DNA of 64,000 bases from Octopus sinensis (taxonomy: Eukaryota): the NCBI RefSeq assembly GCF_006345805.1, contig NC_042998.1, positions 124,930,001-124,994,000 of the forward strand, read 5' to 3'. The notes beneath the pieces are model-generated. The model was not told where the DNA came from, did not search any database, and was given only the letters and a program-made list of their open reading frames with translations. How positions within the stretch are numbered: position 1 is the first letter of the stretch; each line of letters begins with the position of its first letter. Below are positions 50,730-64,000 of the stretch, piece by piece. A program made the translations under genes and the position numbers.

Positions 50730-51805
50730 TCTTTTTGTTTTCTTTTCGTTAACTAAATTCTGTCAAAAAGAGATTATCTTGCTATAGAGAAAGAATCTTG
50801 TGCGTTAGTGGAGGCTATCAAAAGAGAGGTTCCACTCTCTCTTTGGCAGAGGATTTATCTTAGTAAATCAACAAAAATCTGTAACTTGCATCTTCGAAAT
50901 AAAACTTGAAAGTTCTATTAAAAGTAAAAGTATTACACTAGCGACTAGAACTTTTCCTACTGATCCATGAGATACCTTAGTAATAAGGGATTACTAACAA
51001 AATCTTACCTAACACTGAATTCCACGGTTGTGTATCGTAGATGCATTATCGCATGGCGTACGCTGTAACGTTTTACAAAGTAACCTCTTAGAATTCCACA
51101 TTTCATTCGGGTCGCGAGCAACATACACCGACCTCATAATAGCCGACTGGCAGACAACTTTGAGACAATATGAACCTGAAGGCCGCATTTGTCAAAATTT
51201 AAATCAATATATTCATATTGATTTTAAGGAGGCGCTACCTTCCTTGAATAAATATCCGTTGATTATTTATACATATTACTGTTTTCAGTTTGCCCTCCCT
51301 TTATACAACATCTCATTATCAGCTGTCATTTCTTGCTTGACCATGTTATTTCACATTTTCGGTTTAGCAGAATATATACACTCTCCCGAACTGAAGTTTT
51401 TATTTGAATGATAGGAATGCCCCCAAATAGCCACTTACCACTCTACCAGCGATGGACTGCATGAGCATTAAGCTGGTATCGTCTCGAAAACTGTTTACTT
51501 CTGGAGTTTAAAATCTATCAATCCCTGCATTTGACTCTCTTCCCTCTAACGACTTAATTTCAGCAAAATCCTTTTTATGAGCATTAGCTCAACACTTTGT
51601 GAATAACTTTTAGCCTACTCTATAAGAATGAGCGTGCCAAACTAGTTTTCCACGCCAGCAGGTGTAATGTTGTGGAGGTATATCCGTAATAAAGGCAACA
51701 TTTGCATTCAAGAATTTGAACTTTTGGAATCAAATTCTCACTATGCTCACATTCATTATCCCATTGATGAATAATTTACTTTATCAGTTAGAGATTTAGC
51801 CCTGT
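50730..51805 (+). pseudogene. Ty3/Gypsy pol remnant (RNase H, integrase core and C-terminus)
   Basis: YLAIEKESCALVEAIK (RNase H); VDALS; HIDFKEALPS..KYPLII...VISCLTMLFHIFGLAEYIHS (integrase); ELLESNSHYAHIHYP...LSVRDLA (integrase C-terminus). Confidence 0.8.
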
Positions 51806-53065
51806 TAGGGTATGCCTCAGATGTGATAGTGCTTCAACTGAACTTGTCGAGATCCATGAAATAATCTTTGACCTGTCTACCGACACTGCAATCCAATAAA
51901 ACTAATGAAACTTCAGCGAACTTTGTTATGTGTCGTTCTACTCTCGAAAGAAAAACATGATTATTCTTAAACTATTTTGAAGTATTGTTCTACTGATTTA
52001 TCCACTTGGTCATCTGTATTGGTGTCTTGTGTTTAGGAGAGAAGGATAATGTGTTATTTTAATGTAATTATAACAATAGAAATGTTTGAATATTATCGAG
52101 ATTTTCCACCTGCCGCAGCTATAAAAACTTTGCAAACGACTATCTCTAACATGTCTTTCAACAGAATTTATAACTTTTAATGAATTAAAGCCTGCTCTTA
52201 AATTGGCTTGCCTCTTGAGTATTCTGACTTCGTTTATGTAGTTTGCTTTTAGTTTCTTGCTTCAAATGTTTTCTAAATACGTTCCTGGAATACTGTTTTC
52301 TAAATATTGAACATTTACTTTAACAACAACCAGCACACCAATTTACCTTTCAAAATGTTAACATTGTTTATCTGTATTAGTTATAACTACATTCTCGAAG
52401 CAAGCTACAAATAGCCATTTCGTTAAGATTACAACATCATTGCTGAAAGAACATCAGTTATCAACACACTATAAAATTTAGCACACAAACACGATGTTCC
52501 TTCTGTCTTTGTCTTCTACTACTACGGCATGTCTATAGCCACTGGAAGAATGAAAGGCACGATCATATTAAATAGAATTTCAACGTAATATTTTAAAGAA
52601 CAAAATAAATAGCTAAAAGAAATGTCAATACGATTTCTTTACGCAGGTTCTGGTTCAAATGTCACCCTACCGTATTACAGAGAAAAGACACTAGTTGTTT
52701 TAAAAAGATTGGATGATCACAGTTGGAAAGCCAGTCAAAGCTGACAAGGAGTCTAAGCAAGAAATAAAAGGATTCATAAAAAAACATATGGACTCATATC
52801 AAAATATGTTTAGTTTTAGTTTCGCTGTGAAATTAGGTACCCACGAGAAATGTTTCGGAAACTTGTATTTAGGATCTATTTGAATTCACCTCTTCTGTCT
52901 CCTGAGATATTTTAAAACTTATACAATAACGTTGGTAAAAACATAAATAAATTATATCGAACCTGAGAAAATAGGCAGTAACGAAGAACATGGCACAGTT
53001 AACTATAGCTAAAAAATACAAATTTATCGGTATGAATTCATGTAGTAAAGTATTTACGAAAATAT

Positions 53066-53255
53066 TGCTTTCAAATTTGGCACAAGTCCAGGATTTCCAA
53101 GGAAGGGCATAAGTCGATTACATCAATTCTAGTGTTCAACTGGTATTTATTTCATCGACCCCGAAAGCATGAAAGGTAAAGACGATCTCGGCGGAATTTG
53201 AATTCAGAACGAGAAGACGAACGAAATGCCGCTAAGCATTTTTCCCAGTTCGCTG
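53066..53255 (-). mobile_element. SINE family A copy
   Basis: Reverse-complement match to 36215-36432. Confidence 0.82.
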
Positions 53256-53316
53256 ACTTAGTATTTACGAAACTATTATTAGCGTTAAAAGTACGATAAT
53301 TTAACCATACAGTATA

Positions 53317-54442
53317 CGGTATAAGGGTTATTCGAGGATACCCCTCATACCTTAATTACCAGTGTATTACTGTCTTCAAGACAGTTAACATGTTTATATT
53401 TCTTTCAGATACACCTTGGCAGATAACATGTTAACTCAAGAAATAAAAAGACACATACTTCATTGCTACCATATATGCGGAACGCAGTGGTTTAGAAATT
53501 GCCAAAATACTGAATGCTGCAAAATCTTTTGTACACAAAATTTGGATGTTGTTTGAAGCCTCTGGCAGAAATGGTTTTGTTGTATCAAAGACACAATGAT
53601 TAAACATTCTAAACGTTCGGACATGAGAAGCATAGTCAAATGAACTAACCGAAATTTGGCGCACAGAAACATTCGATACAAGTCGAATGTACTGAGGAAA
53701 TGTCAATTCATGTCTGCAAAGACACAGGAAAACCGTTCGTTCAGTGTCGAGCGGTTTCTTAACAAGATTAAAAACTCCCACGTATATAGTATGCTTTCGT
53801 TCTTGTTCTATGTGACAAATTTCGACCAAGTCCATGAGAAATAACAGATGGTTATAAGCAGATCCTCAGAGTGACACGCAAAAAGTTTCCAGGAACTGTA
53901 ATGGTTTTAAGAGTGTTGAATAACGAAGGTCATATCATGCCACCTTACATCTTTACATGGCGTCTTAGAATTGATATTGTTGGATACCTTTAGGTAATAG
54001 GAACAGTTGTTAAGCCTTAGATCGTTGAAGTATGCGTCAGAGGTTCATACGTACTTCAACAAGACTCGGCACCTTCTCACAAAGCCCACTAACCCAAGAA
54101 AGGATGCCATGCAATATTTACGATCATTTAACACCAAACTTATGGCCTCCAAGCTCGCTAAATTTAAATCCTATGTTCTACTATGTTTGAAACATTGTTG
54201 TTGAAATACCATCTATTCGGTGAAAGCTGCTGTTGTCCAGGTAATGTCTGAAATGAGTAAGAGCCATTTAGTGCAGGCATGTTGACGATTCTGTCTAGCA
54301 TTGAAGCAGTTACAAAGTTAAAGGTTGATTCATAGAATAATCCTATAAGAAAGCCTTATCGAGAACAAATGTTGATTAAAATACATTTAGTTTTTGCTAG
54401 ATGACAGGTGTTCAAATATGTCCTGAAATACCTCTTGAACCA
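53317..54442 (+). mobile_element. Decayed maT/DD37D-like (Tc1/mariner superfamily) transposon
   Basis: TA flanks and weak TIRs (15/22). Peptide LEIAKILNAAKSFVHKI...KFPGTVMVLRVLNNEGHIMPPYIF...YVLQQDSAPSHKA...LWPPSSLNLNPM. Spacing from QQD to the expected final D position is about 37. Confidence 0.78.
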
Positions 54443-54632
54443 TATACTATCTTTCACATATTAAAGTGCAAAGCGTGTTTGTAAAATATGTCTGAAAATG
54501 AACAGAGAATTTCAAGCATGAAATTCAAAATGTTTATCGCAGTGAATAAAAGTTCCCTGGGTAAGTTCACTGTCCTTCAGAAAAACACAATTAAAATTAC
54601 CATTAGGAATGTAGGAGCATTCAAAAATAATA

Positions 54633-54633
<1 letters not shown>

Positions 54634-54686
<53 letters not shown>

Positions 54687-54712
54687 GCGTGCGTGCGTGC
54701 GTGTGCGTGCGT
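54634..54712. repeat. (GT)n/(GCGT)n microsatellite
   Basis: Direct reading. Confidence 0.9.
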
Positions 54713-57065
54713 GTTTTTCTTTCTGCGAGAATCAGATGATTAGTTGCTACTACCGAGAGGCCTCTTGTTTTAATTCCAACCCGAAATTTTTTATAATATT
54801 TTGTTGAGCACGTTCGGACTCTGGACGAACATTCCAAAGATACACAGCCATATTGGCTGATAATAACCACAAGGTAAGCCATGTGACATGCTTCTTCTGA
54901 AAAGTGACATGGTTACGTGACAAAGGAAATTCCTATTGACGCCAACATAAAGGTTGTGATATTTTGGCGACAGTGAATCATGTATCTGTGTATGTAAGCA
55001 AGCTACCAGTGACGCACAAGCATTTATGTGTGTGCGCTTGCATGTGTCGAGGTAAAGTGATTGAGAGAGAAAGAGACTAAGTGTGCATGTCAAGTAGAAA
55101 AAGTGAGGGATGTAGAATAAGATTTAGTAAACGGAGAAGACAGGGTAAGGAATATGCTATGTTGAATCTTTTTCCAGTAGAGAATTCAAGTTGTTATCCA
55201 CCAACTTGTACATAACGAGTACGCCCGTGTGTATGTCAGTCATCCTGATATAGTTTTAACCAAAGTTATAGAAACAGAACGACTAGTATGAAGAGGAAAT
55301 AGTGATGTTAAACCGAACAGACGAAATTTCGCATGCAATGTTGTTTTAACTGCGGATGCAGAATTAGGAGTAGAGAAAAAGAAGTGAAATGATGAGATAG
55401 AACTAATCTGGTGACGTGTTGCTTCAGATGTCTGATCGTTCTCCAAATAGGCCTGCTTCAGTATCTTATTGTTGATACAAGCTTTTCTCATATACATCAG
55501 AATTGAAGTAATTAGTTGTTCGAAGCACTTTAAATAGAATAGAATATGACGGCTGACGTGAGCCTTTATTTACATTGTTTTAGATAATGATGTGTGACAA
55601 TCATTGAATGACAGTCAACAAATGAGTTGTGATTTTTCTATGAACGAGAAGTTATAAGTGTTAAACAACGTATGCCAGTTCTAATTCAGTGTACATACTG
55701 TCAAGTGGATACCGAGATAGAAGTTAACTGCTAGCAAGAGAAAGTGAAGTGCAATCAGAATAACACCTAGTGCATATTCGTTATATAAACCAATGAAACA
55801 AAGAAAGACTCCCTTGTGTCGAAGAAATGGCTTTCAAGTGAGAAAGAGAGAAATGATCTTCACGTGCCTTTATCGAAAAAATTAGCTGCACCAGCTACTA
55901 ATGTCTCATTGATTAGAACAACACATATGAGAAGAGTGAACCAAAGTAAAGGCAAAAGAAATGGTGTCGCTACAATGTAAAAGAAAAGTAGCAAAAGATT
56001 ACATATTGGAATGTAGACAAAATTATACCAGACAGATTCTTCGAGGTTAACGGCTTCATAATAAATATTAAAGAATATACGTATATAAAATATTTCTTTG
56101 ATGTATTTCGACGAAATAGATAAATATAGACAAGAAAACAAAGGTTGCTCATGATATTTCTTCTGAGGGAGTTGAGCAGACAATTCATTGTCACTCTACA
56201 TTGTAAATGTAGTGACCCAATGATTAGCCTTTGGAAACCTGGAATCAGTGACGCTGTTGCTCACAATGGGATATAGAAAAATTATAGAATGTGGTTTATG
56301 AATAAATTAGTATACGGAATCTTATCCATATTCATTTATCTCGCTGTGAAATTATTGCCTAGGAATGCTTTTATATTTTTGTTTATATTTTAATTTGTTT
56401 ATTTAATTATTTATTTATTTGCAGCTTGTATATACACTCATGAATTAAACTCGTAGTATATTAGTATCAAGAATTCATAGTCTGTATTTTCGATCAACTT
56501 GCTGTACTATTCTATCTCTTATATTTTCTTTTTCTCAACATCAGAACTAGAGGGACTAAACTAAATATATCACTTCAAGGCATTTCGTTCAGCAAACCAT
56601 CGTTTCTATAACAGCTTTGCCTTCGTCTGTACAAATTATATTGATCGAACACTTCATTATTTCTTTGAAAATTCCCACTTCGTAGATAAGGTTTAGCAAA
56701 TATATTAAAGTATTGAAAGTAGTCTATTGTTGAGTCATGTGAGCAAACAACCGCCACCAGACGAAATATCTTCCGGCCTAAATTGATTACGCGACAAAGA
56801 TCATATTTATTGTCTTTTTATATTGTTTTGCTATATTTCGTCTATATCTATTCATGTACTTAAGAGTAGTGGTTGCAGATGATAAAGCAATGTCAGTGTG
56901 GTTAGAGGGGAATTTGTGTTTTTAGTAGTATTTTAGCGACGTGGTAACGGCGCTATTTGTGGTGACGGTCGTATAGATGTGGGAAGCGCTTAGTACCAGG
57001 CACATATGCAGTTCGATTCATTTGACTATAACTACTCAATAAAAATTCGTCGACTTGAAAAACTA

Positions 57066-57095
57066 GTTAGTAGTAGTAGTAGTAGTAGTAGTAGT

Positions 57096-57147
<52 letters not shown>
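57066..57147. repeat. (AGT)n(AGC)n(AGT)n microsatellite
   Basis: Direct reading. Confidence 0.92.
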
Positions 57148-58649
57148 ACGTCAATATTGGTAGTTATCTCAAAACTGCGACTAAAGTTTGTCTGGTATAT
57201 ATTTAAATTCGTCGACTTGAAAAACGTGTTAGTAGTAGTAGTAGTAATTTGAAGTTTTCACGTGTTTAGTCCATTAAATCGTAGCAGGCTTGTTTACTGG
57301 TCCTTTTCTAATGAGCCACTATGAATGACCAAATTTGAACTTCCGTGATTTTGAAGGATAAAATTGAATAGTGCAACACAGATCGTCATGACTCATGAGC
57401 TATTTCAAACCAGATTATAATTTAATTTTCATATAACTTATAGCTGTAGGTTAAACGAGGAACTAAGAGTAAAATGTGGATATAAACCACTGATTCGACT
57501 CAAGTACATCGTTAAGATGCGTGGAACGGTTTTTATGAGCTCCAAAGAATTAAAAAAAAACGAAAAATCCACAGCGAGATACTGCAATGCTTTTAGTTCA
57601 ATAAGTTACTGATTCAAGCAATTCACTCCACTGAACAACTATTATGAGTCAGGAGAAAAATATTACTGAACGGTAGGGCAGAGGTAGTGAGTGTCTACAT
57701 TGAAACCGTCATGTACTTCCGCCTAACTGTTATGCCTTATTCTACTGCATGGCTGACCAGATTAGAGCATTTGATCTTCCACTTTCTGTTACAGGGAAGG
57801 GATTCTGCCGGTTAGACGGTCCATTTGCAGTCAACATCTGCTGCATGAAGGTCTGGGCATACTGTGCTTATTGATGCGCAGGTAGGAACTGAGACTACTT
57901 CTCCAGCGCTTCCTTGGCGATGAGCAGGTGTGGTCACTGCTTGTCAGGCTCACTTTTACATAACATCTCTCTTCCACGCATCTGCGGTCTTGGATCAAAC
58001 GTACATCGAAGCAGGGCGTCTGGCACCTTGAGTGTCGTCAGGCGCTCACAGCTCTCAGCTAATCAGCAGATACAGTTGGTGGAAGCTCCATTCTGGCGTT
58101 GTATAGAAGGTCAGTGGCAAGCAAAAACAATGCCGTCCTGAATGAGACTCTGGGAGTCAATGAAATCAATACGCTGGTAGTTTCAGTTGTCTTTCGGTAG
58201 GATTTGTGAATACTTTTCAGAGTGAGTGCAGAAGACTCAACTAGGAAATATTAGAAGCAGAATATTTCAGGATGGTGTATAGATCAAAAAAATTATCCAT
58301 AGCGTAGAAGCAGAGCAAATCGATGTAGAAAACTCAATAAGCCCATTAAAACATAGGCTGACAAAGTAATCATTCCGGGGGTCATTGCGGAAGAAGCTTT
58401 CAAACTACTTAATCGGAAGGCAACCTGGTAAAATGAACTTCAGGAGTTCTAGCTGAAGAACATCAAAAGAGCCAGCTAAGTACTAAACTGTTGAATGTCT
58501 TCGAAGTGAAATATCGCAAACTGGATGGCTAAAGCAAGACATCCTTCGTTATGAATGATAGGCAAAGATGCTGAGGCTTCAAGCTAAAGAGCAATAACTT
58601 GTTTTACACTACTATGAAAATTGTTAACAAGTATATTTGAGGATAAAAT

Positions 58650-59810
58650 CTATTCCCTAATGAAGAGGAAGGGTGCCGAAGAAATTCAAACGGAACAAAA
58701 GGCCAACTATTAAGCGATAAGAAAATGATAAGAAATTACAATAGAAGACGAATTACTTTCGGAAGGAAGTGGATCGATTACAAAAATGATTTTAAAAACA
58801 TATGATATGGTCCCCCATTCTATAATTTTGAAAATTTTGAGTGCCTTCAGAATCCAAAACAACGTCAGTGAATATGAATAATATGAGAAACTGGGAAACA
58901 GAACTAACATCAGGAGAACACTTACTTGGTAAAGTCAAAGTAAAAAACCTGGTTATAGTTCACAATTTGCTAATCCTAGAGGACTAAATTTATATGGGAA
59001 GACTGGGGGACAATTGGATGCGTTTGTAAGTGCGGTGAGAGTGTTTAGCAATAACACCAGAATGGAGTTTGATATTCCGAGCGTGAGACATTGAGACAAA
59101 GTAAGAGAAATACCGTGAAAATGACGGAATAATGATAATATACGAAGACTTATATAGATGATGGCTATAAATATCTGGCAGTGTAGAAAGCTGATGATAA
59201 AATAACAAAATCAGAAAATATTCCCAGACAGTAGAGAAGGATATTAAAACCCAAAATCAATGGCACAATACCATCACTGCCATAAATCTAAAAGCAGCAA
59301 CCATCATGAACTGTAGCGCCAAGATAATGAATAAAGGAAGATCTTAAGAAGGTGGATATAAAAAAATGGAAATTACTGATAACCTACAGAGTTTGCCGCG
59401 CACAAACCAATGTGAATAAAGTGTATTTCAACAAAAAGTATTGGAGAAGAGGATTGGTTGGTGGAAAAGATTGTGTGAGAGTAAAAGTAGAGAGCTCAAG
59501 GAAGCATGTTGCTTTTAATAGAAGAGGTAAGGATATACGTATTCTCTGAACTAGGAAACAATGATACGAACAGAAAACACATTAACTACATTTTCCAAGG
59601 AATTGAAAGGTATCGAGATCAAAAGTCATTTTAGTGGGCAAAAAATGAAAAAAAATGAAGAAAGCGACAGAGGAGTGTGTAGTCCTAGTTGCGCAAGATC
59701 AAGCTTTCTGTACAAGATAAATTAGGAAAGATAGAGATAAGGAAAAGATCTCAATTACATGTAAAATGTGTGATGAAAGAGTAGAGATGGTTGAGCATGT
59801 TGTCGAATCT
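58650..59810 (+). mobile_element. Decayed R4/Dong-clade RT and CCHC region
   Basis: GCRRNSNGTKGQLL.DK...WIDYK..YDMVPHS; HNLL.LED*NLYGK..QLD....VRVFS; DGYKYL; RRGL; VAQDQA; CKMCDERVEMVEHVV. Confidence 0.82.
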
Positions 59811-59819
59811 TTAAATTCA

Positions 59820-60242
59820 TTCTTACGCTTTTTACTCTTGACTCTTTTACTCGTTTCAGTCATTTGACTGCGGTCATGCTGGAACACCACCTTTAGCCGA
59901 ATAAAATCGACCCCAGGACTTATTCTTTGTAAGCCTAGTACTTATTCTATTGATCTCTTTTTGCCGAACCACTAAGTGACGGGGACGTAGACACAACAGC
60001 ATCGGTTGTCAAGCGATGGTGGGGGGACAAACACAGGCACAAACAACAAACACATATATATATACATATAGATATATATACGACGGGCTTCTTTCAGTTT
60101 CCGTCTACCAAATCCACTCACGAGGCTTTGATCGGCCCGAAGCTCTAGCAGAAGACGCTTGCCCAAGGTTCCACGCAGTAGGACTGAACCCGGAACCATG
60201 TGGTTAGGAAGTAAGCTTCTTACCACAGAGCCACTCCTGCGG
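59820..60242 (-). mobile_element. SINE family B (tRNA head, CORE-like ccttgggcaag segment, internal TA tract)
   Basis: Minus: gcaggagtggctctgtggtaagaagc...ccgggttcagtcc...ccttgggcaagcgtcttc...ggatttggtagacggaaactgaaagaagcccgtcg. Weaker fragments occur near 12614-12730 and 49330-49470. Confidence 0.82.
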
Positions 60243-60725
60243 CTATTTAAATATTTAAAATCATTCTTATTTAAATAAACTACGAACATAAAATAAGCAA
60301 AAAAAATGACAATAAAACGTACTATGAGATGCACAATTTGAAAGAATTGATAAGCAGACCATTCACAATAAGATATGGTTGTACTCAATAAAGAAGTACA
60401 AGTGTGTTGCTAAATCAATGTTGCTTATCCGTCTGATATAACAGTTGCAGTCAAAGAATGTGAGAAAACAAGAAGTACCAATCTCAGTAACTTTGGAATT
60501 ACTGTAAAAGTGCAATTATCTCAGTTATAATATGCGTGTTAGTAACACTAGAAAGAAGATTAAATGGTTATTTCTTGGATATCGAGGTGAATTTCTACAG
60601 GAAACCTGTTTGCTCGGCATTGCAAGAACAAGAGATGTGCCAGTTACCTAAAATTACGGTTACGGCTTGATATCAGGCAATCCTATACCGACAGAACAAC
60701 AACGAAGTGTCGAGTGATTGAAAGA

Positions 60726-61405
60726 AATATCAATAATTCTTTCTACCATAGGCACAAGGCCCGAAATTGTGGTGAAGGGGGCTAGTCGATAACAGCGGCT
60801 CCAGTGCTCAGCTGCTGCATACTTTATCGACTCCGATAGGATGAAAAACAAACTTGACCTGGACGTAATTTGAACTCACTACATAAAGCTAAAAGAAATA
60901 TCGCTACATTTTTCCGGCGCGGTAACGATTCCGCCAACTCGCCGCCTTAAAAGCAATATTAATATTAACTCGCTGCTTTAATAATAATAATCCTTTCTGC
61001 TTTAGGCACAAGAGCTGAAATTTTTAGGAGTGGGATATTTGATTACATCGAGCCAGTACTCAAGTGGTACTTATTTTATCTACCCCAAAAAGATGAAAAG
61101 CAAAGTCGGCCTCAGTGGAATTTGAACTCAGAACGGCCGCTAGACATTTTACTCAACGTGCTAACAATTCTGCCTTAATATTAATAATGAGAATTTCAAA
61201 TTTTAGCACAAAGCCAGCAATTTCAGTAGTGGAGGTAAGTCGATTACATTGACCTCAGTATTCAACTGGTTCTATTCTATTGACCCCGGAAGAATGAAAA
61301 GCAAAGTTGATCTCGGCGAAGTTTGAATTCAAAACATAAAGACGGACGCAATGTCACTAAGCATTTTGCCTGGCATGTTAACGATTTTGTCGGCTCGTAG
61401 CCTTA
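60726..61405 (-). mobile_element. Three head-to-tail SINE family A copies
   Basis: ~60726-60950, 60985-61168 and 61185-61405 each match the SINE and are separated by AAT-rich linkers. Confidence 0.85.
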
Positions 61406-62970
61406 GTAATTATGATAACAATAATACTAATAATAGTATTCGTTTTTTAACATCGGTACAAAGACTAAGAAATTTTGTTATTGGGGAACTGTCGTTTATA
61501 TGAAGACCAGACCTTATACTTTATTTTATCTATAATATGGGTGCATGTGTGTGTGAGTTTGCGTGTGTTTGAAAATGTGTAGTTCTATATCTATGCATTA
61601 TTGTCGTGCTTTCACATGACGCATTCATTGGATTGACACAACTTTAATCTATCTTTGGGCACAATTATCATTCATACAGTGTGAAGCCCTAAAGCATTAA
61701 CCAAATTCTGTGCCTTATCTAGCGACCATCAACCAATTAAACTATATTTTAAAGGATGATAATTTGAGCCAAAATGATTTTATAAGAGCAAATGAGACAG
61801 TTGCAACATCGTTCCACTTTGCTGTCGCACACAACTTTTGAAAATCATGGAATTGTGAAATACGTTAAATTGACGTAAACAAATTTTTTTAAATACTTCA
61901 CGTGGATTTTCAACTTTATTATTTATTAGTCAGCTCGTGTAAAAAAGTATTATTTTCCTATATGTTTGAGAGCACACACACACACACATGTATGAGAGAC
62001 AGGGAGAGAGAAAGAGAGATGGAGCGAGATGTTGGTACATGTTTTTATTTATCCAATCGATCCTTTTGTCGATTCAACTCAAACCAGGCACGTTTAAGCT
62101 TCAAACAGTTACTGAAATCAGGTAGTGTAGACCAGTTTCTGCCGGTGGCTATATTGAAGTTACCTGGAGCTACTTGGTACGGCTGCTGTTATTACTACAA
62201 CACAAGCTATTACTATTACTACTGCTCTTACCTGTCATAAACAAACTTCTACTTGCCGACGGTCGAGAACAATGATAGCTGTTGTATTCACTACCTTCTC
62301 TCCACACTGTCACTGTTTAAGCAAGTTGTGTAGTTGTCTACTATTTTGACCTAGCTTTGCTTGTTTCCAAGGTTTTTGCATGTAATTAATCTTTTTTAAG
62401 CGATTAAAACTTTTTCTTATTCTTTCTTTTCTTTTCTTTTCTTTTTTTTTTCTTCCTCTATCCTCGATGTATTAAACTAGTTTTCAAAGCCGAATATTCG
62501 TATTTGAATTTTAAATCGTGTTCATATAATACTTTCTGATACAAATCAAATATTTTGGTATTAAGATTTGTAAATTTACGCGTACAAACTTTAAATAATG
62601 ATTCTGCTTGCCCTTTTGTTCTTTTTTTTTTTTTTATACCTCCAAACTGGAGAGTCAATATACTAGTGTCCGTTCGTTCACAACAATAACCTAAATCTTT
62701 ATGTTTTGAAGTGTGAACTTTAAAACTCCGCGTACAAATGTATGTGTGTCTCAATGTAAAATATCATGGGTATATACTTATTAAGATTATATAATTGCAT
62801 GTAACTATATATATTAATATAATATATACATAGTTAGGTATACATTTCAATACTTATCTAATACTAATGTCTTGATACATATGAAAAACAAATCTTCAAC
62901 AGGTAAGTTCCTTGATCACCTTAGACACCGGTACTAACAATATCTCGTTTAATACTAACAGCACATAAGG

Positions 62971-63003
<33 letters not shown>

Positions 63004-63007
<4 letters not shown>

Positions 63008-63143
63008 ATTAATCAGCCGAAATGACTACGATGATCCGGTTCTTGACTGAAGACTGAGGGGTTCGAATGTCCTGTCCATGTTTATTGTATCGTCTTCTAT
63101 GAGTTATACGTTCTTGTCCATGTTGTATTTTTCTACATACCTT
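63004..63143. repeat. Unclassified 140-bp segment between two (TA)n tracts
   Basis: Complex sequence bounded by (TA)n at 62972-63004 and 63144-63166, like the segment at 20156-20392. Confidence 0.4.
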
Positions 63144-63146
63144 AAT

Positions 63147-63313
63147 ATATATATATATATATATATCGTTGTATCTATATATGTGTATGTAAGTGTATAT
63201 ATATGTATGTAAGTGTATATATATATATATATCGTTGTATGTATATATATGTATGTAAGTATATATATATATATATATATATATATCGTTGTATGTATAT
63301 ATATGTATGTAAG

Positions 63314-63344
<31 letters not shown>

Positions 63345-63368
63345 TTGTATGTATATATATGTATGTAA

Positions 63369-63404
<36 letters not shown>

Positions 63405-63436
63405 TTGTATGTATATATATGTATGTAAGTGTATAT

Positions 63437-63467
<31 letters not shown>

Positions 63468-63493
63468 CGTTGTATGTATATATATGTATGTAA

Positions 63494-63533
<40 letters not shown>

Positions 63534-63645
63534 TTGTATGTATATATATGTATGTAAGTGTATATATATATATATTATATATATATATATATCGTTGTAT
63601 GTATATATGTATGTAAGTGTATATATATATCGTTGTATGTATATA
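63147..63645 (+). repeat. Minisatellite: 9 copies of atcgttgtatgtatatatatgtatgtaagtg with variable (TA)n spacers
   Basis: cgttgt at ~63167, 63233, 63287, 63343, 63403, 63468, 63532, 63593 and 63631. Confidence 0.93.
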
Positions 63646-64000
63646 CATGTGTGTGTGTGTCTGTGTCTGCCTGTCTGTGTATGTGTGTGTACATGTAAAT
63701 TAGGTGTAAAATAACCTAAATTGCTTTAAGTACCAACATTAATTTTCACTCTGTCACACATCTCGTTTACTTGAATTGAAACAATTAAAAATATATTTTC
63801 TCTGGATTAAACTGTACCTATTTTTTAGCTTTAATCTACGAAGCCAATTCAGCTATCAACGCTACGTAAAGTAAATAAACAATATTCACCTTTGTACGAT
63901 CTATCAAAACTTCTGACACACACACACGCACACACACACAAGTACGAGAAACTCCTATGCATATACTTAGAAACGAATTTGGCGGTTATAAAAAAAAGAA

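Noticed and set aside
55389-55435. C/D-box snoRNA (ATGATGA...CTGA)
   Set aside because: Boxes are only ~47 nt apart and there is no terminal stem.
54750-62910. Isolated strong splice donors (54873 +, ~62230 -, 62901 +; also 8267 +)
   Set aside because: A few such motifs are expected by chance in 64 kb, and no consistent exon chain could be built.
63043-63075. Hammerhead at CTGAAGActgaggggttcGAATGTC
   Set aside because: No convincing stem I or stem II, and GAAA is absent.
63147-63645. CRISPR-like repeat-spacer appearance
   Set aside because: Spacers are only (TA)n of variable length, the context is eukaryotic, and there are no cas genes.

Overview
AT-rich, microsatellite-dense animal DNA. 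The tRNA-derived SINE families and repeat landscape resemble what I recall from octopus (cephalopod) genomes; this is recall, not a search result. No host gene can be called with confidence; only weak exon candidates exist, around 25.5-26.0 kb. The window is mostly transposon material. It holds a structurally complete 6.1-kb Helitron (28521-34659) whose RepHel gene is broken only by frameshifts and begins with nine 23-aa STPR-like repeats. It also holds a Penelope-like RT/GIY-YIG element, remnants of CR1, RTE and R4/Dong LINEs, a Gypsy pol remnant, a short LTR with a primer-binding site, three Tc1/mariner-superfamily relics, a MITE carrying TTAGGG repeats, and about 20 SINE pieces. The main signal that the ORF track does not explain is seven minimal type-I hammerhead-ribozyme-like motifs. 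Four of them sit as mirror pairs inside two ORF-less fold-back palindromes (3500-3895 and 4928-5383). The second palindrome is 456 bp with no spacer and 4 mismatches, and its core shows the compensatory U3-A8 variant. All motif calls and coordinates were read by eye.
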